From: Raja brachyura
Lineage: Eukaryota
Length of the DNA stretch: 64,000 bases
Direction of reading: 5' to 3'
NCBI GenBank assembly: GCA_963514005.1
Contig: OY740813.1
Span: 10,602,001 to 10,666,000 of the forward strand
Every line of letters starts with the position of its first letter. The stretch's first letter is position 1. A model generated the notes under the pieces. The model saw only the letters and a list, made by a program, of their open reading frames with translations. It was not told the DNA's origin and did no database searches. Below, piece by piece: positions 40,163-53,463 of this stretch. The position numbers and the translations under genes are program-made.

Positions 40163-41355
40163 TTAGCTTATTTAATAAAAATACAGACCACATTCTTCTA
40201 CGTTTTTCAAAAGTACTTAAAAGATATCCTCATTTACTGCCTAGCAAGAGATGATCTCAAGATAAGCGTTTTTATTTGCATTACTGCCTTGATGATGTCT
40301 CAAGATGAATATTCACTATTTGTAGCAAAATGATACTCTTAAAAATTCAGTGATGAACTTGGTGCATATCGAATAACCCAGCTGAGGTCATGGTCAAAGG
40401 GAAATGTGCATTTACATTAACTGCAGCCTCACCATAGCAACTGGAACTGGCAACACTGTGACTGCTAGAAAAATTATTTCACTGTTGAGAACCAGAATGA
40501 TGGACAATTCAATTTATTCCTTTTCAGGTACAATGGAAAGTGATTTAGTATTATTGAGGAACATTATTTTAATTCGATTACCATTCACTTTTGTGAAGAC
40601 AAACAATTTTTTTTTGCTCCATTTTACTGGAATAAAAATTATGTTTTTTTTATTGGGAGCTATTTACTATATTTTTACTAGGAGCCAAAAATCTTAGTGC
40701 ATCTGGAGATGACAATAAGCATGGCCTATTCTGCTGCATTTACTAATCTCACAGTTAATCTGAAGAGTGAACAGAAAGGGATTGCATTTATATTGAAGTT
40801 CACCATATTTCTCACAAACACTTTAAGCAGTTATATTTGATGTGGCTTACTTAAAATTACGGGGAATACATCAAGCACATCATTTTGCACACATAGTTGG
40901 ATAGAAAGGGGGACTGAGAGATCATATTTATTTTTAATTTTAAAATTAAATGAATTACAATCTAAATCTGTGAAAAATCAGGATAACGAGCTACTAGGTG
41001 ACTTCTTTAATGTTTGCCCCAACTGGGAAAATATGCAGACAACGATCTTGGTTAAACATCCTATCCAAAGGGATATGGTGTTGACAAGTACAGTATTCAC
41101 TCACTGGTGCGTTGGGAGTATCAATTGAAATTATGTTCTGAAGGTCAGGATTGGGAATAAACCCACAAACATTTGACACGAGTAAGAACTGTTTTACCTG
41201 AAACACGAGTCTCTGGTTTGAAAGCAACATTTGCAATTGATTTGACAAGTGGAAATTTGTACTAAAAATAGTAACAACAGAAGTGAGAGCAGCCTTGATA
41301 AATTGATGCCTTTAAGCAAAGCGGTTTCCTAACAAATTAGCATTTTCTTTCTTGC

Positions 41356-41637
41356 TTTAGAATTTAGAGATACAGTGTGGAAACGGGCCCTTCGGCCCAC
41401 CAAGTCTGCACTGACCAGAGATCACCCCATATGCCCCCAATATCCAACACATTAGGGTCAATTTACAGGTCAATTAATCTACAAACGTGTACGTCTCTGG
41501 AGTGTGGAGGAAACCAGAGCACCTTGAGAGAAAACCCAAGCATTCACATGGAGAATGTACAAACTCCGAACAGACAGCACCCGTAGTCAGGATTGAACCC
41601 GGGTCTCTGGTTCTGTAAGGCAGCGACTCAACCTGCC
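41356..41637 (-). mobile_element. V-SINE (HE1-like)
   Basis: Reverse complement of the 37691 family; B box gggttcaatcc on the - strand. Confidence 0.85.
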
Positions 41638-41751
41638 AATTTGCCAATTTGAACGTTGAACAGTAGTAACATCTGGACCAAATTAACTCTTGAATTTTGC
41701 ATCAAAGCCTCAGGCTTACACACATCATATGCAGGAGGTGTGTAACATTAC

Positions 41752-41781
41752 CTTAGAGAATGCCTTTCCACCTTTGAGTTC
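41752..41781 (-). CDS. EEIG1: EEIG1/FAM102A exon 3 (30-nt micro-exon)
   Basis: Reads ELKGGKAFSK; ttgttgcag acceptor and gtaatg donor. Confidence 0.93.
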
Positions 41782-42627
41782 CTGCAACAAAATAAGAAGG
41801 ATTAGTAATCATTTTTATAACTATTATTAGCTTTATACAAGGACAATATGAATATAAGAAAGATCACTAGTATATTGAAAGTGCTCTAGATATCTGACTT
41901 TTAAATGAAGCCCCCAAAAAATTAATATAATTTTAAAACAAGATTTTAACTGGAAAACGACAGTCACGATGATGAAAATGTTATTACATTACAAAATGGA
42001 TCAACTATTTAAGCAGGTGAAGCATCTTGTGCATTAGAGCCAAACCTTTGAGAACAGCAAAAACAAAAAGGGTAAATGAATGATCAAAATGTCCAATAAG
42101 ATTTTTTCTTTTTGTGGGCAATGGAAAGTGATTTAGTATTATTAGGGAACATTCTTTTAATTAGACACTAAATACCAGAGTAACTCAACTGGGCAGGCAG
42201 CATCTCTGGAGAACACGGATAGCGGATGTTTCAGGTCACAGGACCCTTCTTCAGAGTGAAAGTCACTGACAGTGCCCTCCATAATGTGTGGGACAGACCC
42301 GTATTCATTTATTTGCCTCTGTACACAATTTGAGATTTGTAATTAAAAAATGTAAATCACATGGGGTGAAAGTGCACATTGTCAGATTTTATTAAATGCT
42401 ATTTTTATACATTTTGGTTTCACCATGTAGAAATTACAGCTGTGTTTATACATAGTCCTCCCATTTCAGGGCACCATCATGTTTGGGACACATGCGTTCA
42501 CAGGCATTTGTAATTGCTTAGGTGTGTTTAATTGCCTTCTTAATGAAGGTATAAGAGAGCTCTCGGCACCTAGTCTTTCCTCCAGTCTTTCCATCATCTT
42601 TGGAAACTTTTATTGCTGTTTATCAAC

Positions 42628-43846
42628 ATGAGGACCAAAGTTGAGCCAATGAAAGTCAAATAAGCCATTATGAAACTGAGAAACAAGAATACAATTGTTA
42701 GAGACATCAGACAAACCTTAATGTTACCAAATTCAACTGTTTGGAACATCAGTAAGATGAAATAGTGCACTGGTGAGCTTACTAATCACAAAGGGATTGG
42801 CAGGCCAAGGAATACTTCCACAGCTGATGACAGAAGAATTCTCTCTATAATAAAGAAAAATCCCCAAACTTCTGTCCGACAGATCAGAAACAGTCTTCAG
42901 GAGTCAGGTGTGGATTTGTCAATGACCATTGTCCGCAGAAGACTTCATGAACAGGAATACAGAGGCTACACTGCAAGATGCAAGATTATAGTTTGCCAGG
43001 AACTACTTAAAAGAGTAACCACAGTTCTGGAAAAAGGCCGTGTGGACAGGTGAGACGAAGATTAACTTATATCAGAGTGATGGCAAGAGCAAAGTATGGA
43101 GGAGAGAAGGAACTGTCCAAGATCGAAAGCATACCACCTCATCTGTGAAATACAGTGGTGGGGGTGTTATGGCCTGGGCATGTATGGCTGGTGAAGGTAC
43201 TGGCTCACTTATCTTCATTGATGATACAACTGCTGATGGTAGTAGCATAATGTATTCTGGAGTGTATAGACACATCCTATCTGCTCAAGTTCAAACATAC
43301 GCCTCAAAGCCCATTGTGGAAAAAAGAACTGCAGATGCTGGTTTAAATCGAAGGTAAACACAAAATGCTGGAGTAACTCAGTGGGTGAGGCAGCATCTCC
43401 GGAGAGAAGGAATGGGCGACGTTTCGGGTAGAGACCCTTCTTCAGACTAATGTCAGGGAGGGGGAGGGACAAAGATAGAATGTAGGCAGAGACAGTAAGA
43501 CTAGTGGGAGAAACACTAGTCTCTCATTGGCCGGCGGTTCATTCTACAGCAAGACAATGATCCCAAACATACGGCTAAAGCAACAAAGGAGTTTTTCAAA
43601 GCTAAAAAATGGTAAATTCTTGAGTGGCCAAGTCAATCGCCCGATCTGAACACAATTGAGCATGCCTTTTATATGCTGAAGAGAAAACTGAAGGGGACTA
43701 GCCCCCAAAACAAGCATAACCTAAAGATGGCTGTAATACAGGCCTGGCAGAGCATCACCTGAGAAGACACCCAGCAACAGGTGATGTCCATGAATCGCTG
43801 ACTTCAAGCAGTCATTGCATACAAAGGATATGCAACAAAATACTAA
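42628..43846 (+). pseudogene. Tc1 transposase pseudogene
   Basis: MRTKVEPMKVK*...GRPR...WTGETK...QQDNDPKH...WPSQSPDLNTIEH...KGYATKY*. Several stops, a deletion, first catalytic D changed to G, and an insertion at about 43318-43520. Confidence 0.9.
43318..43520 (-). mobile_element. Penelope-type repeat inserted in the Tc1 transposase
   Basis: Family consensus with hammerhead core at 43418-43445. Flanked by an approximate duplication c(c/t)cattg. Confidence 0.85.
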
Positions 43847-44310
43847 ATTTGACTACTTTCATTGACATGACATTGCTGTGTCCCAATACATGTGACTATG
43901 TATAAACCCTGCTGTAATTTCTATATGGTGAAACCAAAATGTATAAAAATGGCCTTTATTAAAATCTGCCTGTGCACTTTAACCACGTGATTTTTTCCAT
44001 TACAAATCTCAAATTCTGAAGTACAGAGGCAAATAAATAAATGATGGGTCTTTGTCCCAAACATTATGGAGGGCATTGTATCTCGGTTTTCCTGAGATGC
44101 TGCCTGACCCACTGAGTTACTCCAGCACCATGCCTTGCTGGCTAAGACAACATATGCAGGTCTTTGTTTCTCCATTACTTTAATTTGGTTGTCATACACT
44201 TTTGCGAAGGCCCTGGTCTATACTTTCTGTAAACAATGCGGATCATGTGGAAACAATCACTTTTCACAATAAAATAAAGTTCACCAGAAAGGGAAATGTA
44301 TTTTACCTCA

Positions 44311-44559
<249 letters not shown>

Positions 44560-44654
44560 CTAGTTTTTTTCCCGGGGTGTGTCATCCTCCCATCGCTTCT
44601 TGACCAGTTGTTCTTTGGCATAACCACCAGTGCACATGTCTTCCAATCAAGACA

Positions 44655-44675
44655 GTGTGTGTGTGTGTGTGTGTT
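44655..44675. repeat. (TG)n microsatellite
   Basis: gtgtgtgtgtgtgtgtgtg. Confidence 0.9.
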
Positions 44676-46739
44676 GTGTTCACCTTTATATAGCTGTTTA
44701 ATAGCACCAACATACCAGTATTGGCAAATATGTGCAGGAAATTGCAGGTAGTAAGGGAGGGAGAGCTTCCAAACTCCAATGAACATGTACCAATGCAAGA
44801 TTTTTTATTTTATATGGCCTATGGCAGTTACGGCCACAGTTGTGAAAGGTGCAGTCCTACAGAGGTTAAAATTTAATAGATTTTCCATCAAGTTGCAATT
44901 AAGATTTAGTCAGATCAAGCCAACTGCTCATAAAACATCAATAAAACATTCAGTGGACACAGAAAAGGTCCAGTACATAACCCAACTTTGGGTTTTACTT
45001 GGTCAAAAAATATTGTACCTTTCTTCTGGAAACACAGACTGACTGACAAAGAAATAAAGAAACAGGAGTATGAGAGGTGTGCTATATTTCATATTTTTCT
45101 GTGATAGCAAAATGCAAAAATAAAACGAAAAATAATAAATTCCATTTCTCAGCATCAGTCTTCCAGGACCAGCATAATACAGTTTGAAATTCATATTTTG
45201 CTGCAATGACTAATTGGCAACAATTTTTATACAACATTCTTACCCTGTGCATTTGACAGGATGATGTTTTATACTACCTTTCCTTCAGAGTGGCATATGT
45301 GTTTAGTATGAAACAATGTAAAACTGGGATGATTGGGTCACGTGAAAACAGGCTAGAGAATAAAACAAAATTCAATCTTGAGGCGGTGAGCTGCACACAA
45401 CAATCAGCTAGCACAATTGGGCTGTCAGGCAATACAATGCTTATCTGTGATGAATATAAAAGTAATTTTGATTGAAAGGGGGGAGATCACGGATGGACCC
45501 AGCACAGTGGTGGTAACCCGATCAGTGGCAAGTTAAAAATTGGTGTTTCTTTAAGCTTCACAAAATAACAAATTCAACCTCTTTAAAAATAGACACAAAG
45601 TGGTCAATGTTAAATTTCAACTGCAGTGTTTTGGCAGGAAGAAAGGAAAAACATATAATTCCCAGAAATTTAAATATTTAAAAAATCTGAGTTGAATTAA
45701 TACTGAACAATTTTGGAAACTGTGCACCAATACAGAATCCTTAGCATCGAGTCCTAATCAAAGTCACATCATCAACTACAAATACAATAAAAGGTCAGAA
45801 ATCCCAATGGTCCATGATGTGACTTACTGAGTGATGTTTCCTGTGCTTCCTTTCTATTCACTGGGAACCCGATTTTCACACTGCATTTCAAAAATAATAA
45901 TACTATGGAACATATAAAACACTGATTTAAAGTGCACTAGGATATTAATAGATAAACCATCTCAGTCCAGAAAAATATGAGCGGGCCAATTGTTGGAGCT
46001 TTACTGTAAGTTACACAACAATTATTTTCATCGATCTTAAGAGATAACTCACACCCATATACACTTACAATGGAAGCACGATCGCTCTGGTAATAGGATA
46101 AAAACAGCCCAAAACTATTCACAAAATGTAACATTTGTTCAATCAAATCTTTACTGGTGCGCTTAAAATAAAATAAATCTGCATCATGTTCCCAGGGTCT
46201 CATGAATGGCATGTAAACAGGATTGATAAAAGTCAGAGGCTAGAACTAAAGTTCCATTTACAAAGTTTCGTAATGCTGGGATAATTCAAGATCCCTCCCC
46301 CATTCCCTGTTTATACTTTTGAAACAAAGCCACTGGGAATCAAGAGGAACAAAAAAAAAAGTTTGGCTTCAAAATTTTGCTCCATGAATGCAGCATCAAC
46401 ATTTACATCATGCCTGCCTTCTATATCTGCCACGTCCACAGTGACATGGAAGGAATTTTGTATCATTTTAACATTCAGATTTATGGTCAATGGAGATTAA
46501 TTCAGAGCAAATTCTTAACTTTCCCTGCCTCAACTTCGATTCAACAATAAAAGAGTTACTTCAGCCTTTAAAGTTAAATTTGTTATTAACTCTTTTTGAG
46601 ATTAAGTACACAACCATTCACAAGGCTTTTATGTGCAATAGATATTAACGTTTAAATAACTTAGGCTTGCTATTTGCACAAGAACTGCAGAGGTTTAATT
46701 GAAATGTATTAACAAATGCTTAGCCAGCTTGTAAAGCAC

Positions 46740-47640
46740 ACAAGAAATGGCAGCAGTAGGTGGCCACTCAGTCTCTCAAACCTGCTCCACAATTCAACAA
46801 TTGAATGGCTCATACTCTATCTTGACACTGCTTTCCTGCCCTGTCTTGTATCCCTTGGTGTTCCAGTACAACAAAGTCCTTGATCGTTACTTTTTTTGCA
46901 TTTCTTTCATTTCTTTGTTCTATATCTCTGTCTATATCTCTTATTTCCATTTCCCCCGACTCTGTCTGAAGAAGGGTCTCGACCTGAAACGTCACCCATT
47001 CCTTCTCTCTAGAGATGCTGCCTGCTGAGAAATACTCCAGCATTTTGTGTCTCTTTTCTAACATTATAAACCCTGGCCAATGAAGTCATAGATTCTTAAT
47101 GTCTTCAACGCCCAAAACTTTTATCTGGGCTCGTCAGAAATCGTGCATTTGTACATTGAGTTTTCTCAGTGCCACAATATTCCCTAGGAGCCTATCATTT
47201 CCTGACCTTTGTAGTCCTTCCAAAATGCATTAATATGCACTTTTCTGGTTAAATGCCACATGCGATTGCTCTGCCCACCACTGATTAACAACATCCTGTA
47301 GCTTACAACCATCTCCTCACTATCAACAATACTACCAATGTCCCAAAGGCAATTTTGGACATAATTTGCCAACTTGTTCTGGAACACATGGACTCACTGA
47401 CCTCTTGGACCCGTCTCCCATGCTGGACTTTGTCAAACGCCTTAAGTCTACGTAGCCCACATCAATCACACTGCCCTCAAACACATTTTGTTACATCTTC
47501 AGAAAATGTAACTAAATTGGTCAAACTGGATCTTCCCCTATCAAAACTCTGTTGATATTCTGATTAATTTTAGCCTTTCCAAATGCAGATTAATCATGTT
47601 CCTCAGAATCCCCCCCCCCCAATAATTGTCCTACCACTGA
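46740..47640 (-). mobile_element. Degraded CR1 fragment with a Penelope-type insertion at about 46885-47055
   Basis: CR1-like tail (cacaagaaatggcagcagtaggtggccactca) and ggactttgtcaaacgcc (AFDKV on the - strand). The insertion carries ctgaagaagggtctcgacctgaaacgtc. Confidence 0.65.
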
Positions 47641-47978
47641 CAATAGACACTGCATTATTTTGCTTATTTCAGGATTTCATGTGTTGGAAGTAAGAGAATA
47701 TCTGGAATAGGTGGGCTGACATGCGGAAAGGCAAGATAGGCTTTCTAGCGTCAACAAACAAGAATTGAAAATAAAAGTGTTTATATATTTATAATTCAGC
47801 GAGTACAAATTTTATTCCGCATTTCAAATTTTTGGGTGGCGATTTAGCAAATCTGGTGCAAGTGAATTTCCGTTAACCAAATGGTGGTAATGTGGAGGTC
47901 GCCTGTATATCTTCGAAGTGCCTTTTGTGACAGGGCAGTGGAAGTAGTCTTTGAAAATTTCAAAGGCAGAGGAAGAAT

Positions 47979-50010
47979 CATAGAAAATAGGTGCAGGAGT
48001 AGGCAATTCGGCCCTTCGAGCCTGCACCACCATTCAATATGATCATGGCTGATCATCCAACTCAGTATCCTGTACCTGCCTTCTCTCCACACCCCCTGAT
48101 CCCTTTAGCCACAAGGACCACATCGAACCCCCTCTTAAATATAGCCAATGAACTGGCCTCAACTGCCTTCTGTGGCAGAGAATTCCACAGATTCACCACT
48201 CTGTGTGAAAAATGATTTTCTCATCTCGGTCCTAAAAGACTTCCCCCTTATCCTTAAACTGTGACCCCTTGTTCTGGAGTTCCCCAACATCGGGAACAAT
48301 CTTCCTGCATCTAGCCTGTCCAACCCCTAAAGAATTTTGTAAGTCTCTATAAGATCCCCCCTTAATCTTCTAAATTCCAGTGAGTACAAGCCGAGTCTAT
48401 CCAGTCTTTCTTCATATGGAGGTCCTGCCATCCCAGGAATCAGTCTGGTGAACCTTCTCTGTACTCCGTCTATGGCAAGAATCTCTTTCCTCAGATTAGG
48501 AGACCAAAATTGTATGCAATACTCCAGGTGTGGCCTCACCAAGACCCTGTACAACTGCAGTAGAACCTCCCTGCTCTTGTACTCAAATCCTTTTGCTATG
48601 AATGCCAACATACCATTCGCTTTCTTCACAGCCTGCTGCACCTGCATGCCTACTTTCAATGACTGGTGTACCATGACACCCAGGTCTCGTTGCATCTCCC
48701 CTTTTCCTAATCGGACACCATTCAGATAATAGTCTACCCTCCTGTTTTTGCCACCAAAGTGGATAGCCTCACATTTATCCACATTATACTGCATCTGCCA
48801 TGCATTTGCCCACCCACCCAGCCTATCCAAGTCACCTTGCAGCCTCCTAGCATCCTCCTCACAGCTAACACTGCCCCCCAGCTTCGTGTCATCCGCAAAC
48901 TTGGAGATGTTGCATTCAATTCCCTCATCCAGATCATTAATATATATTGTAAATAGCTGGGGCCCCAGCACTAAGCCTTGCGGTACCCCACTAGTGACTG
49001 CCTGCCATTCTGAAAATGACACGTTTACTCCTACTCTTTGCTTCCTGTCTGCCAGCCAGTTCTCTATCCACATCAATACTGAACCCCCAATACCGTGTGC
49101 TTTAAGTTTGTATACTAATCTCTTATGTGGGACCTTGTCGAAAGCCTTCTGAAAGTCCAGATATAACACATCCACAGGTTCTCCCTTATCCACTCTATTA
49201 GTTACATCCTCAAAAAATTCTATAAGATTCGTCAGACAGGATTTACCTTTCATAAATCCATGCTGACTTTGTCCAATGATTTCACCAATTTCCAAATGTG
49301 CTGCTATCCCATCTTTAATAACTGACTCTAGCATTTTCCCCACTACCGATGTTAGACTAACTGGTCTGTAATTCCCCGTTTTCTCTCTGCCTCCCCTTTT
49401 AAAAAGTGGGGTTACATTAGCTACCCTCCAATCCTCAGGAACTACTCCAGAATCTAAAGAGTTTTGAAAAATCATCACTAATGCATCCACTATTTCTGGG
49501 GCAACTTCCTTAAGTACTCTGGGATGCAGCGTATCTGGCCCTGGGGATTTATCGGCCTTTAATCCATTCAATTTACCCAACACCACTTCCCGGGTAACCT
49601 GGATTTCACTCAGTTCCTCCATCACATTTGACCCCCGGTCCCCTGCTATTTCAGGAAGATTATTTATGTCTTCCTTAGTGAAGACAGAACCAAAGTAGTT
49701 ATTCAATTGGTCTGCCATGTCCTTGTTTCCCATGATCAATTCATCAGTTCTGACTGCAAAGGACCTACATTTGTTTTAACTAACCTTTTTCTCTTCACAT
49801 ATCTATAAAAACTTTTGCAGTCCGTTTTTATGTTCCCTGCCAGTTTTCTTTCATAATCTATTTTCCCTTTCCTATTTAAGCACTTTGTCCTCCTCTGCTG
49901 GACTCCTCCGAGGGAATTTCTCCCAATCCTCTGGTAGGCTGTTTTTTCTGGAAATTTGTATGCTTCATCTTTAGTTTTGATACTATCCCTGATTTCCCTT
50001 GTTATCCACA
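47979..50010 (-). mobile_element. CR1 LINE, 5'-truncated young copy with a complete RT domain
   Basis: 470-aa ORF 48327-49739 contains NYRPVSLTS, LDFQKAFDKV, GVPQG and KFADDTKL. A premature TAG occurs at 48327 relative to the 15573 copy. It sits antisense inside an older CR1 remnant. Confidence 0.97.
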
Positions 50011-50879
50011 GATCAATGGGACAAAAGTTTAGCACGGAATGAGGAGTTGAGATTACAATCAGATTATCCATGAGGTTCGAGGGACTGAAATGCCGACCCC
50101 CTTTCCCCATTTCATATATTTGTATTCACCACATATAACTAAAGACATTTCTCATCGTTTAGTGGGAAATTACTTATTCCTTATTTTGAAACTGAGCCCT
50201 GGTTTGAGCTTCTCTATCCAGGGGAAAAAATCCTCCACATATTTATGTATTATATTATTGTGCAAAGGATAATTTAATTCTCTTGTCAGCTGCACTAGCA
50301 ATATGAATATTGCAAACTCCAGCATCCTGGGATAGAAGACAAAATTCTCCGTTTGTCAGAGGCTAGGAATTGACATTTTCCCATATAACCAAATACATGG
50401 CAAGTGTTAAATCATGGGGTTTGTGTGTAAGAGGCTTGTATGAACAAGGACAATGAAGTGTTAGAGAAAGGTTACAAAGATTTCTTCCCTCATCAGAAGC
50501 CAAAAGTTTTACCAAAATGTATAATGAGAGCATTCGCAAGATTCAAAAAATTATTTCTAAAGGGGGCCAAAAATAGCTTTAAGTAGATCTGGAAAGAGAA
50601 CCACGTAAAATAATTTAAAGGATGCAAAAAAATCTTCCAGCAATAACCATTTCCTGGCAACTTCCTCCATTACATATTCCTGTATGCACATTTATAATGG
50701 AAACTGTGTATGTAATTTTGTCACATTGTAATTACACCTCCCACTAGCATCTTGTAATAACACACTTGCACCTTCAACCTGCCAAGTTTACATAGATCAT
50801 TTCTATTATACGTGACTCAAATGGACGAAAGAAAAACTAAAAATATGAACCAAATGCATAATATAATGAAGACTAAACT

Positions 50880-51600
50880 CAGGTGCCTTCCAAGCCATGG
50901 AAGATTCAAGCACCTTTTTCTATGGTTCTTAAAGGGATGTGGGCTTTGGAGACTGTATTTAATTGCCCTTGAACACGTGCTGGCGAGCTGCTTTCTTGAA
51001 CCTTTGCGGTACATGAGGCGCGAATATACCCACTAAACTGTTCGGGAGAGAATTCTAGGATTTTGACCCAACGACTTTTAAGAACGACAATATATTTCTA
51101 ACTCTTGATGGTGTGTGGCTTGGAGAGTGACTTACAGGTGGTGGTGTTCCTATGCTTTTGCTGCCCTTGTCCTTCCAGCTGGTAGTGGTTCAGGGTTTGA
51201 AAGGTACTGTCTAAATGAAGCTTGGTAAGTTCTGCAATGCATTCTGCAGATGGTACAAACTACTTCAATGTGTCAGTGGTGGAGTGAGTGAATGGTTGTG
51301 GATGCGGTGTGCCTATTAAGCAGGTTGCTATGCCCGGTATTGTGTCGAGCATTGTAGAAGTTGCAAGCCAGTGGCATACCAGTGATAGATATCTTGCAAC
51401 TTTCAAGTCTGTGAAAACTTTGATCTTGAATGGGGGGCTGCTGTAGTGGTTGGCTGATGCATTTGCAGTCGTCATGGGTCATGGTATTGGCAGAGGCAGT
51501 CTTGTGCGATCCCACCACTGCTGGATGAATAAGTGTTTGAGAGCACCCTACAGATGTTGCACATCACGCTTGGTCAGGCCAACCCCTATTTTATTGATCC
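50880..51600 (-). mobile_element. Old degraded CR1-group LINE 3' fragment
   Basis: Similar to the reverse complement of 9000-9480 (ggtggtgttcctatgcttttgctgcccttg). Confidence 0.55.
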
Positions 51601-51695
51601 AGTGCCGCCTGGACACTGGGCTTTAAAGTGAGAAAATACGATATTGCACACCTTCTTGAGCCAAGATTGGGATTTTTAAACAGACTTGCAAGTTG

Positions 51696-51850
51696 CAAGA
51701 TGGCACCGGAATGTAGCGATACTCTGCATGCTGTTCTGGGAGAGAATCTATTGTACTCGTGTTAGTATGATTCGATTGGACAGCATGGAGAACAAGCATT
51801 TCACTATATCTCTATAGGTGATAAAAAATAAACACTAAGCTAAACTAATC
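51696..51850 (+). mobile_element. Short SINE-like element (caagatggc head and Rex-like tail)
   Basis: caagatggcacc... ttggacagcatggagaacaagcatttcactat...aataaac. The tail resembles 53708-53778. Confidence 0.5.
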
Positions 51851-53329
51851 TAGCCTAATATTTATACAGAGCAACAGGATGAGGTAAAGAAATCCATGCC
51901 TTTCAACTTAGAAATCCGAACACAGATTCTCTTTGTACAGTGGAATAGTTATGGTACCTACAGTTTGGAGTTCTACGTTTATTTTATTACTTGCTTCATG
52001 CAAGAATAATTTTAAGCCAGTATTCATTCAATGAATCGTCCAGGGAAATTCTGACATCAAACCATTTCTTGTTCTAACTCACTTATGGTACACTAACGTT
52101 TTTAAGTGACTGAATTAAACTCCAAAAATAAACTACTTTGCTCAAGGTTATGAGACCTTGAGCAATATAATATCATTGCAGAGGTGGAAATCAAGAATGG
52201 AAAGCAGCCAAAATGTATTTAATAGACAGATATCTGATTGACTTTGCACTTTATAAAGGTCAGATTTTAAAAAATCTATAAAAGATAAATAGGTTATGCT
52301 ATTTTTAAAGAGGCTAGGTCACCTTGGAAGTTGTGAATGTCATGGAATTCTATTGCGTTACCAGAATCAGCTAGAGTAAATGGTTTGTGCAAATCAGAAA
52401 TATATCCTTCTCCATATCTGGTCTGTCTCCTTGTTAATCAGTCCTCTAGGACTTTGTAGACCATTATTTAATGTTACAACTTGTGTACAATTGCAGACTA
52501 AGCATAAGATGGCGATAAATTTCTGTGGATAACTGAAAACGGGGAGGGTTATCCACCGTACCTGACAATGGTAAGGTCAAAGGCTGTGGTGAGCTTGAAA
52601 AAGGTCTAATATAATTGCTAGTGCAACAGTCTGCATTTTTCATGGAGCTGTCATGCAGAGTAGATCACCTGTACCAGGCTTGGAAATTAAAGCCAAGTTG
52701 ACAGCTCCATGGCTGCTAACAATAAGCTGTCTTTGGGCTGTTGTTTCTTTTTTCATTACCTCAATCACACATTCGCAATCATTATAAAATGGAGCAAAAA
52801 CACCAGTTGAGACCAGACCTACGCTCAGCTTCAATTCCCATTATAAACACATTACAAAAAATCCCATTGTCCTGGGTTCATAAGGAATTTCAAAACCAAA
52901 ACTAAACAACGTACGGGGAATCTATGGATGGTTAATCTATTTATAACAATATGTTTCCAATCATATTTCAGTTATCATACAACCCATTGTTTTATTTTTC
53001 ATTTATGTTTTCAAATATGGCTCAATTTTTACACAGCAAAATAAGGCGCAAATCTCCACTACCAATGACAATATTACTTCTGGCAGAAATGCTGGAAATT
53101 TGTCCTCAATGGGCGAAGAGGCTCTTTCTCCACACTTCCAAGGCCTAAAGATGAATGTTTATTGATGCCAGGCCAGCTGTACATGTAATTTCCACATGGA
53201 TCTGGTGCTATTAATACTGCAGCTATGTCTCCCAAAGCCCAATTCCAAGCACCCAATGATACAGATACCAAAACTGCGGGATATCGAGGAGTCCCTAGTG
53301 AGAGCCTATCTCTGTCCCGCCAACTCCCG

Positions 53330-53463
53330 TCATCAGTCTGAAGAAGGGTCTCGACATGAAATGTCACCCATTCCTTCTCCCTGGAGATGCTGCCTGTGCC
53401 GCTGAGTTACTCCAGCATTTTGTGCCTACCTTCGATTTAAACCAGCTAGTTCTTTCCTACACA
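53330..53463 (+). mobile_element. Penelope-type repeat half copy
   Basis: cagtctgaagaagggtctcgacatgaaatgtcaccc...gctgagttactccagc. Confidence 0.8.

Larger units (their letters stand above)
42270..44078 (+). mobile_element. Tc1 (DD34E) DNA transposon, near full length, inactive
   Basis: Long TIRs of about 200 bp, from cagtgccctccataatg to cattatggagggcattg, with TA on the right flank. Contains transposase remnants. Confidence 0.95.

Noticed and set aside
48448-49152. + strand ORFs overlapping CR1 (also 16343-16696)
   Set aside because: Antisense shadows of the RT ORF, repeated only because the LINE is repeated.
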